From contig CM060732.1 in assembly GCA_030704615.1 (NCBI GenBank), positions 52,762,001 to 52,826,000 of the forward strand: a DNA stretch of 64,000 nucleotides, in the 5' to 3' direction. Positions 1 through 10,340 of this stretch are shown piece after piece. Made by a program: the position numbers and the translations under genes. The stretch's first letter is position 1; each line of letters begins with the position of its first letter. This stretch comes from Takakia lepidozioides. Taxonomy: Eukaryota; Plantae; Bryophyta. Below the pieces are notes generated by a model, which was not told where the DNA came from, ran no database searches, and was given only the letters and a program-made list of their open reading frames with translations.

Positions 1-3000
1 ACCGACGCGAAGGGTGGAAATGATGCTGCAAGCATGCAGTGACGACTGGGCTGAGATGGTGGTGGAGCATCTCTGGCCCTACGGCTATGAATCCTCGGCC
101 ACGTTTTCAGTTTTTGGACGATATTGGAAAAACGCCGGGGATTCTTTTGTGTAACGAGCAGGCCTGGGAAACATGAGAACTTGATAGGCGTACCAACCTT
201 TTGCCTCAAAGAACTCGAGAATTCTCTTAAGCCATCCTTCAAATTCTTGAGGCTATGGAGGAAACCATGAGATTGATGAGCAGATGTCGGAGCCGCCACT
301 CTTCCTTGCATCTTCAAGAGGTTCTTCTTCACCTTGTAATCTGGCCTGACAAGCCTGGGCGATGTTCAAGCGTTGTAACTTTCAGTGGATATCAACAAAT
401 GTAACACCCCGGGGCCAGCAGAATTCTCTCTGGACAGAGCCTTGAAGATGCGTCGAGATTTCCACGAGTCCTTCTAGAGATACATCTATGAGCACTACAC
501 AGACTCTGATCATTCTTCACCAGCCGTATCAGCTGCACAAATTAGATTCTGCCAGCGCGCTCGCACCCCTTAGTAGCAGTCTTGTAACCATGAAGATGAT
601 GTCCAATGGAAGGTTCGGCACTATTCAACATACCAAGAACAAATCCATGTTGTCAGAATATTTGAAAGCTTCATCCTGGACTCTCTCTCCACACTCGAAG
701 TTCATGCTTACAAATGAAAGCTCGAGTAACTAGTCCGAGGAGCTCAACGTTGGTACTACTACGAAGATACCTGCAACAACACCCATCAACTTGTAGTATA
801 GACGGACGATCTCGTCACCTCCACCCTGCTCTTGAGCAAGCATCTACAGAAGTGTATTTCATGACAAGTAATCAGAGCTCTGGGCAACAAGGAGAACCAA
901 CAGTGCCAGAACCAGGCTGCACGAGTAGAACGAACTCCAAGCGTAGCTAGATGGGTGCGAAAGTGTTACTCTCAAAACCGAATTAAGAAAGGAATTCATA
1001 CGACAAGGGAGGCAGAGAAGAAGGATCCGCAGCGGTAAGAGCAGGGAAGGAGAGGTGGGCAAGCCGCAGGTGCGCCCTACCTTAAACGGGGTGGGTAGAA
1101 GACTGTCGGTAATAGGCTGCACTGCACACTCACTAGCAGGGATGAGATCTGAAGGGCGGACCCACCTTCCATTTTGATGTAAGATTACCCTTCGAGTGAA
1201 GGGTGAACTTACTACACAAATAGTTCATGGATTGCAGAATTTCACAAGGAAACGCAATTTCAAGGGAAACCGCAGGTTAAAATGTTGCTTCATCCAGCCT
1301 AGCACAATGCAAAGATTGATGTCTTAGATATGCTCTTTGTTTCATACATGAGGAGTCAGAGGAAGAAGGAGACTAAGGAGAAAGCTTCTATCAATGTGGG
1401 TATTTAAAGAGCTGGCTATGGTATGTGAAGCCTCACAATTTTGTGAAGGGAAAAATAAAAAAACTCTCATCCAATCTCATCCCTTACCGACAAGTGCAAC
1501 AGTCCAATTTCTTGACCAGTGACTTTGCTCAACACTGAGTCCTCTCATCAGTCTCATTGCATAAGGCGAATGCGAGTCCCAAACGTCGGCTTCATCCCAC
1601 CTCCCAACTCTCCCAGATGTTTCGCCCATGTTGCCCTCCGGCACTAAGTTGGGAAGACCGATCAGCTTGAATAGCTTAGTTTAGCTTGCTTCTCTGTCCT
1701 CCCTTTTTTATCCTTTCCCAGGCTTTGGGGTCTTTCTATCCTACATACGGTATGTTCAAATAAAGCTGTACAGGATTTCAATGGTTCAGACTTCAGACAG
1801 AACTAAATTGTCTTGCTTGTCTCCAACGGAGGTAACTGGGGGAGGTTGGAACTCCATGAGTTGACTAGTTTCCATGTGCGTTGGAGGTCACCCACTTACA
1901 CTTTCCTACAGTAGTTGCGAGGAAGTTCAGCGTCCCACATGCCCACCATCACGGCTGCAACATGTTATCACGGGAGAAGCAGCACAGCCCAGTGATCTGC
2001 AGCTGAATCCAAAGGGGAAGGACAGAATGTTCCGAATGTTTCATTACCATCTGCTGGAGATCCCGGTCTGGGACCCTGTTGAATCTAATAATAAGGCAGT
2101 GTTATGAAATTGCGGAGACTAGATAGCTCTTCATCCGAGGGAGAGAACAATGGTGTTGACTGTTGACCCAATGGGTGCTGACTGCATCTGCAATTTATTT
2201 TTGCTGACCTACACTCTTGCATAACCTGTGACAACTCCAGACATGAGAATCTCTTTCCCCATGTTACATGCACTCTCTTCTTCTTTTTTTTGGTATCTCT
2301 TTCCCAATGTTACATGCTGCGCACTCCTACCTAGTTAACCATCATTTCAAGTTATTTATTTATTTATTGAAGTTGAAGGACTTAGGCCTTTTGATCAAAT
2401 GAAAAGGCAGGGAAAAAATAACCCTGCGAACGCCGTAAAGCATAGAATGGGAATACCACCATTCGTACTATGAAGAACCAAAGCCTATTGGAGGAAGCAG
2501 TAGAGAAAACGAACAAAAGTCTAAGAAGAGTAAAGCATAGAAAGACTGCTAGAGAGATATCATGGGGGGTGCACCATGACCAATCCTATACCAGCCACCT
2601 GAGTGCACCAAATGGGTATTTTTTATTACCCCCATATACATTATATACATACATGAAGGGGTATTCCATAAATCTGCATTTTAAGGATTAATGTTATGAG
2701 AAATAGGTGCACTATAGTGGTAATTGGTAGAGTCTATTGTGAATTAGGGTTTGCATGTTTTTTCTTAAAAAGAATTAATTTTTAGAGAACAGGGGACAGC
2801 GGCCCTGAGAATTTATTAAAAAAGGGGTAAGGAAAAAATTACCTTACATTAAGCCATGAAGGCAGATAAACGAGACATGAAAAAAAAAAAAAAAAAAAAA
2901 AACCCATACCCCCGCCTCAGACAGGTCTTGGGACGGTCATCTGCAGGTGGCGGGCCCGCAGGTCATGCCCACCCATACCCCAGTTCAAACCTTGGTGCTC

Positions 3001-3012
3001 TCACATGTGTGT

Positions 3013-3046
3013 CCGCCCAACACTGGTATATACCAGTGTTGGGCGG
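3013..3046. repeat. Perfect 34-bp palindrome made of two back-to-back hAT-type TIRs around an 8-bp GTATATAC site
   Basis: ccgcccaacactg|gtatatac|cagtgttgggcgg; GGTTCC/CCGGT subterminal repeats follow at about 3070-3235. Confidence 0.8.
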
Positions 3047-3859
3047 TTCTTGCCTTTGTGAAGGAACCTTCGGTTCGAGTTCCACAAATTTTTGAAGAGA
3101 CGGTTCCGGATCCGGATCCGGTTATTTTTTATTAAGGCGGTTTCCGGTCCGGTTCAGGTTCCGACTTTTTAACATGGGGGCGGTTCACCGGTTAGTTGCT
3201 GGAAAAAAACCACCGGTTCCGGTTAGGTTCCGGTTCTTTTTTTAAAATATATTAAATTCTTTTAAATTTTTTATTCTTCTGGAAAATTAGATGAACTGAT
3301 CTGATTGGTCATACTGAGAATTTTCAACTAAAACCAGGGAATTTATTAGTAAAACAGAAGTAAATAAACTTATATGTTTTTTGTGATTGTCTTTTATGGT
3401 ATATATAACTAGTTAAATACGCATGGTCTCCATTAAAAACGGAAAACCAGAGATTTTATAAGTTTTCGTACGGTATAGCAAAGAACAACTAAAACAAACT
3501 AACTACATAAGGATCTTAATTCAAAATACAAAACAAATTAAACATGTGTAATTCTATGGTTAACCTTTATGGTGCAGCAAAAGCACAACTTAAAAAAACT
3601 ACATAAATTTGTGTTTTTTGGATGATGCTTTGTCAATATAGCATACAACAAACTAAGTACACGGGATGTCACTGAAATTTTCAATAAAAATGACAAATAA
3701 ACAAACTCCAATCAAAGGAGTATAGTGTAATATGTTGAACAATAATTTGTCTCTAAGACAAATCATTCTACCTCAAAGAGGTCATTCTATCTCAAAGAGG
3801 TTTGCCTCTGCAATCAAGTCCTCATTCTCATCTAAGAGGACTTCTTCCCTATCCAAAAA

Positions 3860-6342
3860 CTATTTCATGGAAGTACTAAAGCAACCAACTCTAGCATCAT
3901 TTGGCCAATTCTTGACTACACTCACAAGCATATCAAGGTTTTCAATATTTAACCTGCACCGTCTCAAGTTTGTTATGACACCTGCAATACTAAAAACCCT
4001 CTCAGCTTCAATCTGAGATCCAACTATGCCCAAGATTAGCCGTGCCAAAAATCCCACATACGGAAAGAGAGACTCGTGTTCTTTCCACCATTTCAAAGGA
4101 GCCACGCACTCACCCTCAATTATCTTCGTCCTTCTGAAATGTGATAGTTGTTCTCTCACTACTGTCAATGTCATGTCTTCATTGTGGTCATGCACACCAA
4201 ATAAGAACATCTTGTCCATTGTGGAAGTGGGCTGTGATTGCGCCGGAGTATCCGGATGTAAGACCTTGAAACACTTTATCAAAAGAGGCTCTAACACCAT
4301 GCTATCATATTGGGACATAATATGCAAAGCACGCTCTTTGCCCACATATTGTGATATCAATGACAACCCCTTGTAACATGGGTCAAGCATAAACGCGAGC
4401 ATATTGTGAGCTTTGCGCGATTGAAACCCTTCCAAAAAAGAAAGAAATGGTTCCAAGACATATACCATCTCTCGAGCCATCCGCCATTCCAACAATGTCA
4501 ACTCTGTTGAGAAATCCCCCATGCAATTATCCACAGTTGCAGCCCTGGGAGCACTACTTCCTCGCATGCGAATTGTTGTGGCAATGGCTGCATTAAGAGC
4601 ATCGGACAACAGCCAAAATCCCCCAGATTGATTCATAATGCACTCATGAACCACAGGCCCTAGAACTATAGAAATTGATTGGGCAATGGCCCACACTTGT
4701 GGACTTGGTATGCGAGACTGCAGTGCCAATGAGGTTTGCCTGGAGTAACAAGTGATTATGGCTTGCCTAAACTCCAAAGTCTCTTGGAAGAGGATCACCT
4801 TGGAAGCAAACCGTGTCTTCACCAGAGTCTTCAGTTTGTGGGGATGAATGCCGCTGTCCACACATGCATTTGTCCATTCTTGTCTCCCTTTGCCACTTTT
4901 TTTTGTCCAAGTAATGGTTTTTTGCATTTTTTATAGAAACCGATCTCATATATGTGCATACTTTTGCATCATTTGTTGCATATTGGCAATACTTGGACAT
5001 TGCATGCCCAAAACAGCTATCCACAAATGGAGAATCCAACCCCAAACACGCACATGAGACCACCGAATTCAAAGCATTGGTCAAAGTGGCCAAGTTACCT
5101 CCCTCATCTTTGACGTAAGCAATAATGCGAGTATTGAGGCCATACTTCACAAGAAGATTGTTGACTTGATGTGCCATGGCAGCCCCAGATGTGTCAGGTG
5201 TCTCAAACATACCAAGAGTCACATGACATTGCTCCCACTGTTCATTAATAAAGTGCGCTATGATGACAAAAGTGTCAGTTCCCCCTCTTGACATCCACAA
5301 ATCAAAACTCACAGAGCAAGTAGCACAACTCTGAAGAAATGGGGACCTATAGCGCTCTTTCGTCTTCTCTGCCAAGATTGGAATGGCCTCATTCACAAAT
5401 GTCCATCGAGAAGGGAAAACAATCCGAGGATTTTGCCTCAACACCATTCTTCTTAGCCAAGGGGATTCTACCAAAGACAGTGGAACCAACTCCTTTGCAA
5501 TGAACAAGACTAAATCCTCATTGAACTGCTTCTGTTGATCATCATTTTGGTTGTATGGAGTGGAGCTCCCAAAAAAAAAAAACTATGTTTCCAAGAGTGG
5601 GGCCGGACCTCTTTTTTGCTGGCCTACGGGCCTTCTCAGGTCCTTCATTTTCCCTCTCAATCCACCTATGCAAAACAATGTCATGTTCTTGATCCACATG
5701 CTTTCGAAGGGCAGAGATACCATTGGTTTTATTATAGGTCACAATGCCCTTCTTGCTTGCAGGAGTGACACCAACAGGATGACATAGAACACACCTCATT
5801 TGTTGTGGATTTGTTATGTCCACTGGAGCAGAGTCTTTTGTTGCATAGAATGCCCATGTCGAAGCAGTGCGATTGTGGGGCTTCCAAAAATCCCGTTGTT
5901 TTTCAAGTACTGGGAGCTGCGCCTCCACATCCAACACCGTGTGTGATGGCGAAACTGTGGAAGATGACATTGCAGCCGAGGCTTGATGAGCTGATATAAA
6001 TGAGGCTGCATGATGAGCATCCTCCGCAACATGGCACTCCACCAAAGCTCTCTCATTATCAACATTGACGTCAGGAACAACTTCCCTTTCTAGTTCATCG
6101 AAAATATTGGGCTCCATGACATAAAAAGCTTGTGGAACAACTCCTGTGTAAAAACAATGCAAACAAAGAATCCAAACGACATTTAATAATTGTGCACAAC
6201 TCATATATTTACAAAAGTTTGGAATGGTATATGGCTGGCCCCACATAGTGACCAGCCCCCCACATAGTGAAAGTTTGAACTCGGAAAGGGGAGCACAAAT
6301 ATCAAGAAGGCTTGACAGCCAGCCCCTACCTCGTGTGGACAA
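3860..6342 (-). pseudogene. hAT transposase, frameshifted in homopolymer runs
   Basis: Three ORF pieces: BED zinc finger (W.FY...CVLC...LRKHVDQEH); DDE core (SVSFDLW, YVKDEG, CFGH); C-terminal dimerisation domain (WWK...FP...LARLILGIVGSQIEAERVFS). Breaks near the A-run at about 5570 and the T-runs at about 4900-4930. Confidence 0.92.
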
Positions 6343-6439
6343 TCACCCCACTTTAAAGCTTCATAATTTTTAGTTATAACTCTTCATGTTGTGGTACAAC
6401 AAGGACTGATTTGGAAGCACATGTTTTTTAACTAGTACA

Positions 6440-7535
6440 CCGTTAGACAAGAGTTTCGTGTTGAAACACTCTTTTGTTACGACGAAGCAGTTCAAATCCC
6501 TCAGTTGATACATCTCAATATTGGTTCAACAACATGTAAACAAAAACAATGTCATACATGGGGCATTGCAGATCATCCCCCGAGGCATGAAGTAGCCAAG
6601 CTGACCACTGAAGCATAAGACTGGTCCACCCCCAACTTGCTAGGTAGTTTTTGTAATTTGAAAATGTAAATGTACATGTACTAGATAAAAAAAATAACGT
6701 AGATCTAAATGTAGGCCATGTATGTAACATTCGGCAAAGGAATTCAAATCCCTTAGTTCATATCCCTCCATATTGTTTCAAAAGCAAAGATTTTTTTGAA
6801 CAAAATCACTGTCACCTTAGAGTTTCATGTTGAGAAACTCTTTTGTCACGACAAAGAGTTCAAATCCCTCAGTTCATATCCCTCCATATTTGTTCAAAAG
6901 GATGCATTTTTTTGAACACAATCATTGTCAGATGAGACTTTCATGTCGAGAAACTCTTTTGTTATGGCGAAACAATTCAAATCCCTCAGTCCATGTCCTT
7001 CTATATTGGTTCCAAAGCATGCAGTCTTTTGTGCATGCTTTTGAACCAATATAATGTTAGATGAGAGTTTCGAGTTGAGAAACTCTTTTGTCAAGGCGAA
7101 AGAGTTTAAATCCCTCAATTAGTATCATTCATTATTATTCCAAATGCATATAGGTTTTGAACAAAAACACTGTTAGAGAAGAGTTTCGTGTTGAGAAACT
7201 TTTTTGCTACGCCGAACTAGTAGTTCATATCCCTCCATATTGGTTCTAAAGCATGCAAATTCTTAAACCATAACACTGTTAGACAAAAGTTTCGTATTGA
7301 GAAACTCTTTTTAACGGCAAATGAGTTCAAATCCCTTAGTTCATTTCCATATTGTTCCAAAAGTATGTAGGTTTTTGTACACAACCACAGTCGGATAAGA
7401 GTTTCGTGTTGAGAAACTCTTTTGTTACGGCTAAGTATTTCAAATCTTTAGTTCATATCCCTCCATATTTATTCAAAAACATGTAGTGTTTTGAACAAAT
7501 TCACTGACAGACAAGAGTTTCGTGTTGAGAAACCT
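6440..7535 (+). repeat. Degenerate tandem array of about 110-125-bp units (about 8 copies)
   Basis: Unit core gagtttcgtgttgagaaactcttttg...gttcaaatccctcagttcatatccctccatatt recurs at about 6451, 6820, 6936, 7064, 7181, 7287, 7399 and 7514. Confidence 0.9.
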
Positions 7536-8405
7536 TTTTCAATCTTGGAATTCATTACTAAAAATTGTCGACATTGATGTTATCAAAGCAAAACAATCTC
7601 ATACCTTCTCAGATTCTGTGCTAAAATTCACCGCACAAGAAGGAATATCCTGATTTTATTGATGATCTAAATGACAGATGTACATGTTAACTCCGTTCCT
7701 AAAGGAAATTTCAGTAAGCAAAAGTATCCTCATTTGTTATTCTGTCTATATTGTCCTGTAAATCATTTCGATCAATATCGCTATATTTTCTGCTTACTGT
7801 GTGTTTGGTGTTATTTTCGGACAAAGGATCAAACACCATTTTCGAATTCACATTTCAATAACATTAGAATTGTATTTTGTATCAACTGCAACTATTTTGT
7901 TTTTGTTGCATGAAATTGTTGCGATATTTTTTCAAGGTTATCTTTCCTCAATGCGAAACCCACCGTTGCTTAGATTTGTGCCCATATCACCAAGTATTTC
8001 TCAATGCGAAACTCGCCGCCGCCGCCGCTATAGGTTTAGGTTTCTGGCTATACTACTGAAGGTTTCGCCTCACTGGATTGGTGGAGATGTACTGTATAAA
8101 TGCACCAGTCCTCTATATCCGCTTATGGTTTTATTCCATTTTGAAAACATATAACTCATATGACCGAGGTTAAAAAATCATAAAACTCCCGTGACCGTGG
8201 GTTGTGCTCATGCGATACCAACCCCGGTGGGGGGAGGGGGGGAGAGCTGGAACGAGCCTAAGCAAAGGGGGAACCGTTATATTACCATTATATGTATATT
8301 TATTCGCCATTGTACTTTACATTGGAGCAAAGCATAAACTGACACTAGGGATTTTGATTCCAAATACAATTTCTAGACATTTTGGGAGCTTTGGTTCACT
8401 GTAGC

Positions 8406-8566
8406 AAATTGGGGAAATCTTCCCCCCGAAAATTCACATACAAAGCAGCCCCCCTTAAATTTTAGGTCTTTCACTCTGAAATTTCCAGAGAGCACTTTTT
8501 ACGTGCCCCTAATTGTGAATCTAGAGGCCATTTACCCGAGAGAAATATGGATATTGGAAAATTTTG
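8406..8566 (+). repeat. Dispersed repeat, copy 1 (empty-site version); copy 2 at about 20305-20520
   Basis: Near-identical aaattggg...cacatacaaagca...tttaggtctttcactctgaaa...ggatattggaaaattttg in both places. Confidence 0.9.
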
Positions 8567-8753
8567 ATGGTGAAACCATATTGGTCGTGTAAATTTTTAT
8601 TTGGGTTCCAATTTTTGTCATTTGTTTTGGTTATAACTCCCATTTGCAACGGTCAAACCTGCCCCAGATTTAGTAGGGATAGGAGGTTGTAAGGTTCATC
8701 CAAGTGGATGGATTGGGGTAGGAAGATATAGCTAGTTTAGCCGGGGTATATAC

Positions 8754-8972
8754 TAGTGTTGGGCGGTTACCCGCCTGGGCCCCGGGTAACCGCCGGTTCC
8801 AGTTCCGGTTATGTGGAACCAGACCGGAACCGGACCCGCCTGTGCAGAACCGGAACCAAAACCGGAACCGGAAATTGGGGATTGCGTGGGAACCGGAACC
8901 GGCGGTTCCAGCTACGACCACATGTGTGGGAACCGGGTTTGGGGACTCCAAAGCGGTTCCGGTTCCGGTTCC
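8754..8972 (+). mobile_element. Terminus of a second hAT-family element (TIR plus GGAACC/GGTTCC subterminal repeats)
   Basis: gtatatac (8746-8753) then tagtgttgggcggtt, the same TIR as 3034; dense (GGAACC)n/(GGTTCC)n. Confidence 0.75.
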
Positions 8973-9408
8973 ACCCATGGGCTGTAGCCCTAAGTGTCTC
9001 TACAATTCATCCAGCTCGCTCTCTCTCGCATACATCTTGCTCACTACTCTAGTCCAGGTAAGGTTTGTGTTCCATGTCTCCATCTTCTACTTTATTGTTT
9101 GATTTCTCTCTCGCTCTCATTTCATCTCCATCTCCATTCTCTTTCCCTCTTAGGTTGATTGATTTAATGTGTTGTTAGTTTCTTTTCTTCTCAGTTTATC
9201 GCACAAGAGGGGGCTGATCTCTCTTCTGCTGCTGTGGCAGGTGGTGGACACAAAGGGAGGGAGTGTGAGCAGGAAGGCCCCGCCAACCAGCCGTCGCTTG
9301 TTGTTGGTGAGCATCCACCATGTTCTTGTTTTTTTTTAATTTTTTGGTTCAACGGAGCTAATGGGCCCCATGCTCTTGTATTGTGGTAAGTGGCGCATTG
9401 GAGGGAGG

Positions 9409-9573
9409 TGTTGTGCGCATACGTATCGTTACACAACTACATCGCTGTACAAAACCACACAACACATGTGCACGCCACACACTAGTATATCACTAGTCCA
9501 ACCACTAGGCTACAACTAGTCAATCACTAGGCTGCCACTATGCTGCCCACTATGGCAGTCACTAGTCCACACA
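9409..9573 (-). repeat. Terminal repeat Y (A), outer copy, 165 bp, TG...CA
   Basis: Matches 9904-10079 with about 5 substitutions and one 11-bp indel. Confidence 0.95.
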
Positions 9574-9574
9574 A

Positions 9575-9901
9575 TGATAAAGAAGAAGAATACAAGCACA
9601 AGCTCATGCGAGCTCATAAAGCTGAAGCATAAACTCATGCATATATAACCTCATCACTCAAATACAAGTCAAGCCAAGTGCACCCCACGCCATGGGGAAT
9701 CCACACTACGGCGCCATAGCTAGGCGCGGTGAGGCTCAACTCGAGAAAGATGAGCCTCTCGCGCTTGTCGTGAAGATAACCACTCCAGGGCCTAAATCTG
9801 CCTGGACCCCTGGATTGACACTTGGTCCAATCCCAAATGTCGATATGTAAAAGCTAGCTATTTCCTAACTAGTTTCACACTAGTGGTAAAATAACTTGAC
9901 A
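9575..9901 (-). repeat. Terminal repeat X (B), 3' copy, 327 bp, TG...CA
   Basis: Matches 17929-18255 with about 9 substitutions and no indels. Confidence 0.95.
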
Positions 9902-9903
9902 GC

Positions 9904-10079
9904 TGTCGTGCGCATACATATCGCTACACAACTACATCGCTGTACAAAACCACACAACACATGTGCACGCCACACACTAGTATATCACTAGTCCACCACT
10001 AGTCCAACCACTAGGCTACAACTAGTCAGTCACTAGGCTGCCACTATGCTACCCACTATGGCAGTCACTAGTCCACACA
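9904..10079 (-). repeat. Terminal repeat Y (A'), inner copy, 176 bp
   Basis: Direct repeat of 9409-9573; joined to X by GC within the palindrome GACAGCTGTC (9898-9907). Confidence 0.95.
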
Positions 10080-10090
10080 ATCGCTCCCCT
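10080..10090 (-). promoter_or_regulatory. Putative polypurine tract
   Basis: Minus strand AGGGGAGCGAT lies directly before TGTGTGG, the start of inner repeat Y. Confidence 0.6.
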
Positions 10091-10340
10091 AGCTGGTGCT
10101 TAGGTCCCTCTAAGTCCAGGTAGCCACAAGATGTGATAGTGACCATAGCCTCACTAAAGTCCTCCACCACTGTCCCTACTACACTCAAACTCTATAGATC
10201 AAGAGGTCGGGTGCAAGAGTTGCCCCATCGTTAGTCGCCGTCTTACAACCCGTGAACTTGAGCTTGGGATCTCATGTATTGACTTCTATGAGCTTGGCCT
10301 CCCATGTCTTGTTAGCTGCCTCCAGTCATGTCCATTGCCA

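Larger units (their letters stand above)
3034..7540 (-). mobile_element. hAT DNA transposon (left TIR at 3034; right end not resolved)
   Basis: CAGTGTTGGGCGG TIR, subterminal repeats, hAT transposase on the minus strand, upstream tandem array; no matching right TIR found. Confidence 0.75.

Noticed and set aside
1-1300. Coding-like composition with short ORFs
   Set aside because: No recognisable domain in any frame I translated and many stops; cannot be assigned.
1500-1640. CTGATGAG on the minus strand (hammerhead ribozyme core)
   Set aside because: No convincing stem II/GAAA arrangement or flanking helices.
6440-7535. CRISPR-like appearance (hairpin repeats at regular spacing)
   Set aside because: The intervening sequences are homologous to each other rather than unique spacers; eukaryotic context; no cas genes.
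8670-9102. Overlapping ORFs of 86-102 aa
   Set aside because: Translations of GGAACC subterminal repeats.
9409-9901. Independent solo LTR next to a separate element
   Set aside because: No TSD around 9409-9901 alone; the GAGG TSD brackets the whole 9409-18255 unit, and both repeat pairs are equally diverged.
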